A stretch of 32,000 bases of DNA from Candidatus Saccharimonadota bacterium (GTDB lineage Bacteria > Patescibacteriota > Saccharimonadia > Saccharimonadales > Saccharimonadaceae). The DNA is taken from contig CP060232.1 of assembly GCA_023898645.1 (NCBI GenBank), forward strand, positions 1,050,001 to 1,082,000, written 5' to 3'. A program made the translations under genes and the position numbers. The notes under the pieces were generated by a model. That model was not told where the DNA came from and searched no databases. It saw only the letters and a list, made by a program, of their open reading frames with translations. Of this stretch, positions 9,722-18,598 are shown one piece after another; within the stretch, counting starts at the first letter, position 1, and each line of letters begins with the position of its first letter.

Positions 9722-10266
9722 ACGCGTACTTTACCTAAATAATATTTTAATTCCATTATGCTGCCTCGTATGTCGTCGAGTGCACGATGCACCTCTGGTT
9801 TTGCAAACCTCTTGTTGTATTTACCATCAAATACAACCTTCCATGCACTAACATCCAGCATACGATAGTGTAGACGCTTGCTTAGATTGTTCCATTCACT
9901 ATCAATAAACTTACGGTCTTGATGGATCGAATTTCCCGCAAGCAATACTGGCTTGTCGTCACTGAAATGCTCCGCAATAAATTCCAAAAGCATACCTTCA
10001 ACAACACGAGCGTCTTTTGCACTATCAGAATTATTCTGCGCAATCAATGAGTCTCTTACCGTTGGAAACTTTTTCCAAAAATCTGGTGCATATTCGATTC
10101 GTTTAGCAAATAAGTCCGGCTCAACTCTTACCGCTGCATCAAACGTGGCAATTTCATTGAAATCCCAATCAGTTGCAATTACTGCAACCTCTAATATCCG
10201 GTCTTCAACCGGATCAAGACCTGTCATTTCCAGATCCATCCACAGCAGTCTCGCATGTTTTGTCAT
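9718..10266 (-). CDS. orn: oligoribonuclease (DEDDh 3'-5' exoribonuclease)
   Basis: Motifs LLWMDLEMTGL, GNSIHQDRKFI and HRALDDIRGSIMELKYY. An exact TATAAT (10278..10273) lies 6 nt upstream of the ATG. Confidence 0.9.
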   Translation of the reverse strand: MTKHARLLWMDLEMTGLDPVEDRILEVAVIATDWDFNEIATFDAAVRVEPDLFAKRIEYAPDFWKKFPTVRDSLIAQNNSDSAKDARVVEGMLLEFIAEHFSDDKPVLLAGNSIHQDRKFIDSEWNNLSKRLHYRMLDVSAWKVVFDGKYNKRFAKPEVHRALDDIRGSIMELKYYLGKVRV

Positions 10267-10288
10267 ACGACCATTATACAGGCCTTTG

Positions 10289-10684
10289 CTATTTACCAGG
10301 ATGGAATTTGAGGCTAAGAGAATTTATGCAGTAGCGTTGGTCCGTAGGCACGCCTAGGCCCTCTCCTTCAAAAACGTGTCCTAAATGACTATCGCAAGCT
10401 GCACACTTCACTTCAGTACGTCTCATACCGAGTGAATTATCTTCCGTTAATACAACGGTGCCTGGTATAGCGTCATAAAAACTCGGCCAACCACACTGCG
10501 CATCGAATTTCTTGTCACTTTCAAATAATTTCGTACCGCATGCCCCGCAGCTGTAAGTACCGACATCAAAAACGCTATCGTACTCTCCACTAAAGGCAGG
10601 TTCCGTGCCCTTTTCTCGAAGTACATGATACTGCTCAGGTGTCAGCTCATCTTGCCATTCACTTTCAGATCTATCAATCTTCAT
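10289..10684 (-). CDS. msrB: peptide-methionine (R)-S-oxide reductase
   Basis: Two CxxC zinc motifs (CGACG, CAACD), HLGHVF and the catalytic RYCINS. An exact TATAAT (10696..10691) lies 6 nt upstream of the ATG. Confidence 0.95.
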   Translation of the reverse strand: MKIDRSESEWQDELTPEQYHVLREKGTEPAFSGEYDSVFDVGTYSCGACGTKLFESDKKFDAQCGWPSFYDAIPGTVVLTEDNSLGMRRTEVKCAACDSHLGHVFEGEGLGVPTDQRYCINSLSLKFHPGK

Positions 10685-10704
10685 AAAACTATTATAATTC
10701 TTGT

Positions 10705-11133
10705 TTAGTCTTTTTTCTTGTCTATACGATCAAGTCCAGCCATGTGAACTAATACATATACGACAAAAATCGTTGCGACAAGTGTAATCAGAGAGGACAG
10801 CGCAGCGCCCCATAAAAGATCAGCTTTGCGTCCCCACAACTCGATATGCCAATAACTTGCCTCGAGTCTACCGTGTGATCCAACAATAAATCGTACAAGT
10901 GGCGTTATAAAGCTCTCAACAAGCGTCTTGATTGTCCCACTAGCGACGGTACCGATTGCAAGTCCGATTGCCATACCTACGATGCCTCGATCACGTATAA
11001 AATCAACGAAACTAACAGCCTGCCTATTAACACCTCTTACTACACGTTTATCTTTTGCCGCACGAGCTTTATTTGCGGCATGCCTTTTAGCTGCCGACAC
11101 CATTTCTCGCTTACTTGGTTTATTGTTTGACAT
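10705..11133 (-). CDS. mscL: large-conductance mechanosensitive channel with a basic N-terminal extension of about 40 aa
   Basis: FVDFIRDRGIVGMAIGLAIGTV is a TM1 signature, and a second TM helix is present. The track ORF starts at 11220, but ATG 11133 has GGAG 7 nt upstream, so I call 11133. Confidence 0.85.
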   Translation of the reverse strand: MSNNKPSKREMVSAAKRHAANKARAAKDKRVVRGVNRQAVSFVDFIRDRGIVGMAIGLAIGTVASGTIKTLVESFITPLVRFIVGSHGRLEASYWHIELWGRKADLLWGAALSSLITLVATIFVVYVLVHMAGLDRIDKKKD

Positions 11134-11240
11134 GGGATTTCTCCATTTTCTAATGATACCTGTATTGTATATGATTCTTTCAGACAGTAAAGGATGGCTG
11201 ACTGCGCAAACTGGTATCAAGGAAGGTTATATTTACTGTG

Positions 11241-12869
11241 CTACATCTTCGCAGGCGCAGCAATACCTAATATCATCAAGCCAGCTTTCAGCGTGTCCGC
11301 ATACAGCGCCACAAGACCAGCTCTATGTAATTCGTGCTCATCACCTACAACCTGATTCTTTTCATAATAACGATTAAATTCTTGCGCCAATTCAAATAAA
11401 TAAGTACATATATGATGCGGCTCAAGAGATCGTGTAGCGACTTGTATGACTTCGTGATATTCACTCAGTTTTCGAATAAGTGGTCGATCTTCCTCGTTCA
11501 CTTCCTTAGGATTCGTTATATTGCCTTCAATCTTCCCAAGTATACTTTTTGCTCTTGCGTAAGCATACTGTAAATAACTACCCGTATTACCCGTTAGACT
11601 AACGGCTTCGCTTACGTCAAATACAACATCGCCACCAATCTTTACTTTCAGAAACTGATACCTCAAAGCTCCCGCTATAATTTCGTCAGTAGGCTCACCT
11701 CCACGCTCTCTGATTGCCTCACGAAATTGATTAAACAACCACCCGATTTCAATAACATCACCATCACGACTACTCATCTTACCCGTAGCCAGCTTGACTA
11801 AGCCGGTCGCGATATTAGTTGTTACATCTTTTAACTCAGGAATACATAGCTCAGCGGCCGCTATCACACCCTTAAAATAATCTCGCTGCTCGCCACCGGT
11901 GACAATATAGCTTTTTTCCGCATGATACGCATTGTTTTTTAGCTGCATGAGACCTAAGTCACGTGCACCATAAAGTCCGCTGCCATTACCTGCCACAAAG
12001 GCATTATCGAATGACCCATATTCACTTCCCTTAAATATCAGTGCTCCGTCGGACTCTTGAAATACATCGGGGACATGTCTTTTGACCGTTTCAACTCCTA
12101 CCGGATCCGCTTCACTTTCCAAAAAACGTCGCTCAATCGGCACATTACCAAGTTGCGCAACAATAGTGTCAATCTGCTCAAAGCTCCAAGCCTTGCATGT
12201 GTCATAAACCTGACTATATAGGTCCGATGTTGGTGCAAACGATTCCTGAGCAAGCTTATTAATCTCCGTTTTCGCTGATTCATCTTCTTTGTAAGCCTTC
12301 GATCCCTCCGCGTACATTCGTGACATAAACGTATTGCGGTCTTTCTCAGGAATTTGACTAAGCTTCGAAGAGTCGCCATCTACATAACGTAGCAAGCTGT
12401 ACATACTTTTACCCACGTGAAGCCCAACATCCCCGTGGTAACTAACCCGATGGACTTGTGCTCCGTCGACAGCAAGAAGATTGGCAATTGTATCCGCCAA
12501 AATTGCATTAAATGCATGACCGATATGCATAGCTTTAAAAGGATTTGGATTATTCGTTTCGATAACAATATTCTGACCAGCCCGATTCGCAATCGGCTCA
12601 TCACGCGTCAAATCCAAAAGAGCCTCTCCGCTTAAGCGGATATTTATAAATCCAGGACCTGCCACATTTACCTCTGTAAATTCGCCGCTTGCTCGTAACT
12701 TCTCAGCTATGCGCTCCGCAATCTCTCGTGGTGGTTTACTTAATTTACCTGCAAGCTGCAGGGCGACATTCGTAGCATAATCACCGAACTGTGGTTCAGG
12801 TCGCGACAATTGTACGCTTGTTTCAACACCGAATTCTTCTTGAATAAGCCGAGCAATTTTTGTATCCAT
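11241..12869 (-). CDS. argS: arginine--tRNA ligase
   Basis: Class I HIGH motif (AMHIGHAFN), a KMSSR loop and a C-terminal anticodon-binding domain ending in M. TATAAT (12883..12878) lies 8 nt upstream of the ATG. Confidence 0.95.
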   Translation of the reverse strand: MDTKIARLIQEEFGVETSVQLSRPEPQFGDYATNVALQLAGKLSKPPREIAERIAEKLRASGEFTEVNVAGPGFINIRLSGEALLDLTRDEPIANRAGQNIVIETNNPNPFKAMHIGHAFNAILADTIANLLAVDGAQVHRVSYHGDVGLHVGKSMYSLLRYVDGDSSKLSQIPEKDRNTFMSRMYAEGSKAYKEDESAKTEINKLAQESFAPTSDLYSQVYDTCKAWSFEQIDTIVAQLGNVPIERRFLESEADPVGVETVKRHVPDVFQESDGALIFKGSEYGSFDNAFVAGNGSGLYGARDLGLMQLKNNAYHAEKSYIVTGGEQRDYFKGVIAAAELCIPELKDVTTNIATGLVKLATGKMSSRDGDVIEIGWLFNQFREAIRERGGEPTDEIIAGALRYQFLKVKIGGDVVFDVSEAVSLTGNTGSYLQYAYARAKSILGKIEGNITNPKEVNEEDRPLIRKLSEYHEVIQVATRSLEPHHICTYLFELAQEFNRYYEKNQVVGDEHELHRAGLVALYADTLKAGLMILGIAAPAKM

Positions 12870-12896
12870 TGCCCACTATTATACAAGATTTTAAGA

Positions 12897-13091
12897 TTAG
12901 ACGTCTGCTTCGAAGTCGAATTCTTGACCGAACTGCGCTTCTTCCTCTGCAGATCTGTATTCTTCCTCGAGAGTTTCACCGAGTACACCACCAGATACCG
13001 GGCTGGTACCTTTGACGTTCTTGAGTACATACCTTAATACACGGTTGTCGTCATGATAGTTTACTGGTTCGTTTGATTGGTCTTCCGACAT
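12897..13091 (-). CDS. small acidic protein (64 aa), function unknown
   Basis: The ORF fills the pyrG-argS gap exactly. AAGGAAA lies about 10 nt upstream of the ATG, and a near-consensus promoter lies upstream. The C-terminal tail EEEAQFGQEFDFEADV is acidic. Confidence 0.55.
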   Translation of the reverse strand: MSEDQSNEPVNYHDDNRVLRYVLKNVKGTSPVSGGVLGETLEEEYRSAEEEAQFGQEFDFEADV

Positions 13092-13116
13092 GTTTGTATG
13101 TTTCCTTTACAGTTAA

Positions 13117-13145
13117 ACTATAGCACTTACGCTTATTATTGTCAA
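13117..13145 (-). promoter_or_regulatory. sigma70-type promoter TTGACA-17-TATAGT for the small acidic ORF (and possibly argS)
   Basis: On the minus strand: TTGACA (13145..13140), an exact 17-nt spacer, TATAGT (13122..13117). Confidence 0.5.
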
Positions 13146-13173
13146 TAAATAGAAATGATCACACTGAAAATCA

Positions 13174-14772
13174 CTATTTTAAGGCAGCTCTTATCAAACC
13201 GACAAACAGTGGATGCGGACGGTTAGGGCGTGACTTTAGCTCCGGATGAGCCTGAGTACCGACAAAGTACGGATGGTCAATTCCTTCGACAAACTCAACC
13301 AACTTGCCATCTGGTGATGTTCCGCTTATGATCAAACCACCCTTTTTGAGGTAATCTGCGAATGACTGATTAACCTCATATCGATGGCGATGGCGTTCAA
13401 CGACGGTATTTTTTCCATATGTCTTCGCTACGACACTTGCTTTTACCAGTTTTGCCTCATAATTTCCAAGACGTAACGTACCTCCGGTCGACTCCTTACC
13501 CTCTTGTCCTTCCATGATATAAACAACGTTGTTTAAAGTTTTGGCATCAAATTCAGTACTGTTGGCGTCGTCAAGGCCAGCACGACGTGCTGCTGCTACT
13601 ACAGCTAACTGTAAACCAAGACATAGTCCGAGATACGGTTTTTTATGCTTCAAGGCATATGTTGCCGCAGCGATTTTACCCGGAATACCTCGTCCACCAA
13701 AACCACCCGGCACCAAAAGCGCATCAACCTTCTGAAAGTCTCTGTATGTGGCCGTTTCGGCATTAATCCACTTTATATCTACTGCTACGTCATCATGCCA
13801 CCCAGCGGCCTTGAGTGCTTCTAAAACAGAGATATACGTGTCCTCGTTGTCCATGTATTTCGCAACCAAACCTACAGTTACGGTTTTTTCGTGCTGCTTC
13901 TTTTGCGCCTGAACGATTTTCTTCCACTTGTTTAAGTTGGGTCTTGTTGTATCGCCAGTAAAACGACTCAATACGCCGTTAATACCACTTCCAGCAATCG
14001 ATAGTGGCACCTCGAAAACTGTTGATGCATTAGGGAGTAAAATGACTGAATTTTCACTGACGCCACTAAACAAACTGATTTTTTTCGCCACACTTGCAGG
14101 AGCTGGCTCGTCAGTACGCACAATGACTACATCTGGAACAATGCCGAATCCACGCAAATCATTGAGAGCATTCTGCGCCGGCTTCGTTTTAAACTCCTTA
14201 CTCGTGCCAATAAAGGGTACGTAAACAACATGAACATACAAACAATTTTCACGACCAACACGTGATGCAAATTCACGTATGGCTTCGATAAAACTAAGCC
14301 CCTCGTAATCACCGACGGTTCCGCCAATTTCCACTATGTGCATATCCGCTCCATCAGCCGCATCCTGTATTGCGTCCTGTATTGATCCCGTCAGATGTGG
14401 AACAAGTTGTACAGTTTTACCACCAAACTTTCCCGCTCTTTCGTCAGCGATAAGATTTTGTAGCAAACGACCAGCAAGAGTAGCATTTTTTTGTGTCAAC
14501 TCTATGTCAAGAAATCGCTCATAATGGCCTAAATCCAAGTCCGTTTCGGCACCGTCTATTGTTACGAAGCATTCGCCATGTTCCGCCGGATTTAAAAGCC
14601 CCGCATCTACGTTGAGATACGGGTCACACTTTTGAATTGAAACTGTCATGCCTTTTGCCTGAAGAACGGCACCTATACTAGCCGCACTTATACCCTTGCC
14701 GACTCCGGACAAAACACCACCAGTAACAAATATAAATTTCTGATTTTTACCCACAGTTGAAGTCTCTCCCAT
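13174..14772 (-). CDS. pyrG: CTP synthase
   Basis: N-terminal KFIFVTGGVLSGVGKGI, a glutamine amidotransferase nucleophile GLCLGLQ, and HRHRYEVN. An extended -10, TGGTACAAT (14789..14781), lies 8 nt upstream of the ATG. Confidence 0.97.
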   Translation of the reverse strand: MGETSTVGKNQKFIFVTGGVLSGVGKGISAASIGAVLQAKGMTVSIQKCDPYLNVDAGLLNPAEHGECFVTIDGAETDLDLGHYERFLDIELTQKNATLAGRLLQNLIADERAGKFGGKTVQLVPHLTGSIQDAIQDAADGADMHIVEIGGTVGDYEGLSFIEAIREFASRVGRENCLYVHVVYVPFIGTSKEFKTKPAQNALNDLRGFGIVPDVVIVRTDEPAPASVAKKISLFSGVSENSVILLPNASTVFEVPLSIAGSGINGVLSRFTGDTTRPNLNKWKKIVQAQKKQHEKTVTVGLVAKYMDNEDTYISVLEALKAAGWHDDVAVDIKWINAETATYRDFQKVDALLVPGGFGGRGIPGKIAAATYALKHKKPYLGLCLGLQLAVVAAARRAGLDDANSTEFDAKTLNNVVYIMEGQEGKESTGGTLRLGNYEAKLVKASVVAKTYGKNTVVERHRHRYEVNQSFADYLKKGGLIISGTSPDGKLVEFVEGIDHPYFVGTQAHPELKSRPNRPHPLFVGLIRAALK

Positions 14773-14811
14773 GGGGTTTCATTGTACCACTTTGTATGGC
14801 GGTGTGCCAGA

Positions 14812-16416
14812 CTAGCGACCGGCAGCGTAATTCAAGATATCAACAGCTAATTTCGGTATATTGCCAACACTTGGTATACCCGGAAGACCATCAGGCATCT
14901 GATACGCGAGGTGGTACTTATATAACGCAGGTGCAGCGCGTAGCAAAATATCTTGACGCTGAGCGGCGTTAATATTCATATCTTTCATTACTTCATACCA
15001 GCCCTCGTTACTATGGGCGGAAATAGTACTAAGACCACCTGAAATATTCGGATTTGCTGGGGTAGTTTGAGGTAGTTGAGTACTATCGATACCATTGGGG
15101 TGCGCGCCTTCACTCTGAACAGAACCGGCATCTGGATTGTTTCCATGTAGCCATGCCCCGAGGTAATGCCCACCAAAAGCGATAGCAGCCCCAGCAGCGG
15201 TGCTACCGAGCACGCGAACTAATCGTTTCTTCTGTTGTTCAGTGGTGTCTTCCTCAACTGCGTTTGTAATTGCCCAGACGGCGCGACCAATCTTAGATCC
15301 AACCAATTCCAATTCGTTCAATTTGACGAATTTTTCGCCATGTTGGTCCTGTGGATCCAATTTCATGTCAAGCGTGTTATTAATTCGTGATTTAACTACC
15401 TTTGATGATAACAATCCCTTGGTACGCTGAGCTCGCTCCTGGCGATGCTTTGTTTCGAATACGCTATATACCTTTGCACCAGTCCATACGCCAGCAGCAC
15501 CAACGACTGCTAGTGAGCCACCAGTTGCAACCGTACCAACTGCAAATGCACCAGGTATAATGCCGTATGACAATACACGCCTACCCCATTTCTTCGCGCT
15601 AGAAGTCTCCGGCTCACCATTTTCTTTACGGCCTGCCATGAAGTTAATCGCCTTTCCAAGCAGTCGATTATTTTTGCCGTAGTTCATCGTAATGTTATTT
15701 GTCAGTTCATGAGCTAATTGAATTGTCCTCATGGCGATATGGTTGTCCATAGCCTCATATGAATCAAAATGGCCACCATTGATTTCTTGTGCTATACGCA
15801 TTTGCGTAGCGGCTTCGTATCGTTGCTTAGCTAGCGTAAAATGTAGCGCCTGCTTGCCTACATTGGAATAGGAATTCATAAAATCAACACCCATCATACG
15901 CTTTTGACGCTTAGCGTATAGCTCGGCTAGCTCCATACGCTTTTCTTCCTGATATTCGCGCGCCTCACGAATATTTTCCGGCTCGATGCTTGCGCGCTCT
16001 TTCTTTTGATTAATGTGTGCCTTTAGCTGATCTTCGTTTAATTTCGCCTCAGCTATCAGATGGCTGAACACCTGTAGTTCTTCATCATTAAGAGGTTTGG
16101 ACTCATCCTCACCAAGCCCGTCGAGCGTACGCGCATACAGTGCACTACTATCATCACCGTCAGGATTATTAAGCCACTCCGCAGCATCAAATTCTGCTTG
16201 TGGATTATGTCGAAGCAATGCCTCAAGATGACGAGCTACCTCTCGGAACTTACCCGCTGTGTATATCGGTCGTTCCATTGCTTCATCAGCGCCTGGAGTC
16301 ATCTCATCACTTTGAGGTAACGCACCGTCTCTACCCCCGTCTTCATGAGGGGCTGCAATGATTTCTCTCCACTCTTCCGCAGAAGCGCGTGAATATGTTT
16401 CAACGGATTGCGACAT
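14812..16416 (-). CDS. hypothetical protein with coiled-coil N-terminal half and two glycine-zipper hydrophobic segments
   Basis: 534-aa ORF. The Gly/Ala-rich hydrophobic stretches are GIIPGAFAVGTVATGGSLAVVGAAGVWTGA and LGSTAAGAAIAFGGHYLGAWL. I recognise no catalytic motif. Confidence 0.6.
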   Translation of the reverse strand: MSQSVETYSRASAEEWREIIAAPHEDGGRDGALPQSDEMTPGADEAMERPIYTAGKFREVARHLEALLRHNPQAEFDAAEWLNNPDGDDSSALYARTLDGLGEDESKPLNDEELQVFSHLIAEAKLNEDQLKAHINQKKERASIEPENIREAREYQEEKRMELAELYAKRQKRMMGVDFMNSYSNVGKQALHFTLAKQRYEAATQMRIAQEINGGHFDSYEAMDNHIAMRTIQLAHELTNNITMNYGKNNRLLGKAINFMAGRKENGEPETSSAKKWGRRVLSYGIIPGAFAVGTVATGGSLAVVGAAGVWTGAKVYSVFETKHRQERAQRTKGLLSSKVVKSRINNTLDMKLDPQDQHGEKFVKLNELELVGSKIGRAVWAITNAVEEDTTEQQKKRLVRVLGSTAAGAAIAFGGHYLGAWLHGNNPDAGSVQSEGAHPNGIDSTQLPQTTPANPNISGGLSTISAHSNEGWYEVMKDMNINAAQRQDILLRAAPALYKYHLAYQMPDGLPGIPSVGNIPKLAVDILNYAAGR

Positions 16417-16437
16417 ATATACTCTTAAACTCCAATA

Positions 16438-16466
16438 ATAGTAATATTTTACTAAATTATTGACAA
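16438..16466 (-). promoter_or_regulatory. candidate promoter TTGTCA-17-TACTAT for the 14812..16416 gene
   Basis: On the minus strand: TTGTCA (16466..16461), a 17-nt spacer, TACTAT (16443..16438). The leader carries GGAG/AAGAG before ATG 16416. Confidence 0.4.
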
Positions 16467-16491
16467 AAAGTCAAGAGCTTGTGCTATTTCA

Positions 16492-17769
16492 CTATCCGTT
16501 AATTATGTCTTTTGCGTTAGTGCCAGGTGTGTATATTTTAAGCGCTTCGTCTCTTTTCCACGCCTCTTGCAGCGGCGCTAAAATCTCCCAAGCACGTAGT
16601 ACTTCGCTATTTGTAGCAAACAAACTTTTACGACTGTTTATCGCATCTACTAGCACCCGTTCGTACGCATCTGGTAAACGTGTATCGGGCGGATACATGT
16701 AGCTCAGTTTCTGATGCTCAAGTTCCTGATCGTAGCCTGGCTTTTTCGTAACAAGATCAATCTCTATACCTTCATTAGGCTGAATCTTAAAAATCAAAAA
16801 ATCACTTTGATTTTCATTGATTCGTCGAAAGCGTACACGCACTTCAGTTTTTTTGCTGTCTAGCGCCTTTCCTGTAGTGAGTAGCAGTGGTACGCCATGC
16901 CACGTCGGATCATCTGACTGAAGTTCAAGAGTCACAAAGGTCTCCACCATACTTTGTAAATTGCTCACCTCTGCACGATACCCCTCATACTGAGCACGGT
17001 AACTCTTGGCAGGATCAACTGGCGCAACCGCTTCTAGCGCCGTCAAGCGTCGTTCTGGGAGGTTATCCCAATCCAGATCGTCTGGCAAAGGTGATAGAAC
17101 CAGCGCCAAAAGCTGCATTAGATGACCCTGTACAATATCTCGAAGAGCACCTGTTTGTTCATAAAACGTCGCTCGGCCTTCAATACCAATTGACTCTAGT
17201 GCAAGCACCTCTATATTCTCAATGTATTGATTGTTCCATAAATGAGCGAAAATAGCGTTTCGCGCCCGAAAGGCGACGATATTTTGCGCCATCTCTTTGG
17301 CCAAAAAATGATCTATGCGATATATCTGCGATTCATGAAAATACTTTGCAGTATGATCAATCATTTCTTGAGCACTAACTAGATCTTTACCAAATGGTTT
17401 TTCAAGTAATAACTTGTTCTTTTGTCCATTTAAACCTGCTTGGCCTAGATTCTCTATAATATTCGCAACCGAATTTGGTGGAACTGAAAGATAAAACAGC
17501 ACCTGCTCATCATCATCTGCATCTATATATTCGCGCAGTTTTGAATAATCAGCAGCATTCTCCAAGTCCATCTGATACAACGATGTCGTACCAGCCAATT
17601 GCTCGTGGTGCTCACCGAGTATCTCAAATTGCTCTACATGTCGTCTCGAAACGCCAATAATACGCAAGTCTTCACATTTGCCTGCATCAATAACATTAGT
17701 AAGCGCAGGTAGTAATTTACGTTGCGCAAGGTCACCGGTAATACCAAAGATAACGAGTGTTGATTTCAT
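16492..17769 (-). CDS. zwf: glucose-6-phosphate 1-dehydrogenase (short form)
   Basis: GITGDLAQRKLLPAL dinucleotide motif, EKPFG, and RIDHFLAKE (canonical RIDHYLGKE). TATAAT (17784..17779) lies 9 nt upstream of the ATG. Confidence 0.9.
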   Translation of the reverse strand: MKSTLVIFGITGDLAQRKLLPALTNVIDAGKCEDLRIIGVSRRHVEQFEILGEHHEQLAGTTSLYQMDLENAADYSKLREYIDADDDEQVLFYLSVPPNSVANIIENLGQAGLNGQKNKLLLEKPFGKDLVSAQEMIDHTAKYFHESQIYRIDHFLAKEMAQNIVAFRARNAIFAHLWNNQYIENIEVLALESIGIEGRATFYEQTGALRDIVQGHLMQLLALVLSPLPDDLDWDNLPERRLTALEAVAPVDPAKSYRAQYEGYRAEVSNLQSMVETFVTLELQSDDPTWHGVPLLLTTGKALDSKKTEVRVRFRRINENQSDFLIFKIQPNEGIEIDLVTKKPGYDQELEHQKLSYMYPPDTRLPDAYERVLVDAINSRKSLFATNSEVLRAWEILAPLQEAWKRDEALKIYTPGTNAKDIING

Positions 17770-17799
17770 ATATTTCTCATTATACGTTGCTTGCTTAAA

Positions 17800-18513
17800 T
17801 TACAGTGAAAACTTGATATTTCTCAGAATTGCAATTGCGACGATCCAAAAACCTAACAACCAAGCAATCGCGAGAGGCATATAGATTGGCGACAATACAT
17901 ATGTAACACCTAGCCACATAAATACAAGCGGTATATATACGACAACTCGGTCAAATGAACGCATGGTTGGAAATAGCCAACGAACAACAAGCCAATAAAG
18001 AACAGAGGCGAGAAAACCGAACGGTATATATACCTGCGCCACGGCCGCGCCAAACAGCACACCAACCAAGACAACCGCAACAAGAGTTGTAACACGATCA
18101 TTGACGCTAAAATTGCGCTCCGATTCATATGCATGCAGCTGCGAAGTAAGATCTTTATAGTCAACATACTCTATTTTTGCAGATGCAATACCGTCTAGTA
18201 CGCTACTGTGCGCAGCATTTCTCCTCCTTACAATAATTATCGGCATATGCTTAGCGTAGGCAATGCCAGCCTCAATCAGTCTATCTCCCGAAGGGCGATT
18301 CGAAACATCAACAAGAATCGCATTACATGCAGTGATTTCATCGTCTACCCTACCCCAGAGCGACTGCTCGTCGTCAAATGTTTGTTTGTAGTTCTCAACA
18401 TCGCGCACAAAACTAAAGTCAACCAACTTTGCCTCTCGAACGGCTTTACAAAGTGCCTCGACTTCTCCCTTATTATCCGTCCCCTCGAATCGAGATGCTA
18501 CGTATATTTTCAT
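17800..18513 (-). CDS. nucleoside 2-deoxyribosyltransferase-like domain fused to a C-terminal 4-TM domain
   Basis: The N-terminal part is about 135 aa: KIYVASRF ... ACNAILVDVSNRPSGDRLIEAGIAYAKHMPIIIV. It follows the NDT-family pattern iYlAGpF ... D.G...E.G.A.a.gkP. Four hydrophobic helices follow. The track start is 18537, but ATG 18513 has TATACT (18525..18520) 6 nt upstream. Confidence 0.6.
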   Translation of the reverse strand: MKIYVASRFEGTDNKGEVEALCKAVREAKLVDFSFVRDVENYKQTFDDEQSLWGRVDDEITACNAILVDVSNRPSGDRLIEAGIAYAKHMPIIIVRRRNAAHSSVLDGIASAKIEYVDYKDLTSQLHAYESERNFSVNDRVTTLVAVVLVGVLFGAAVAQVYIPFGFLASVLYWLVVRWLFPTMRSFDRVVVYIPLVFMWLGVTYVLSPIYMPLAIAWLLGFWIVAIAILRNIKFSL

Positions 18514-18598
18514 AACAATAGTATATAGGACTTTCATAACCTCTATAAGGTTCCTTTTTGTTAAACATACTTCGGACTTTCCTATGAATATACAGGAT

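Noticed and set aside
9953-11377. Plus-strand ORFs 9953..10357 and 10928..11377
   Set aside because: They are antisense to orn/msrB and mscL/argS, which carry unambiguous family motifs.
12740-13037. 96-aa (minus) and 75-aa (plus) ORFs overlapping the argS start and the small acidic ORF
   Set aside because: They overlap better-supported genes, lack start signals and have odd composition.
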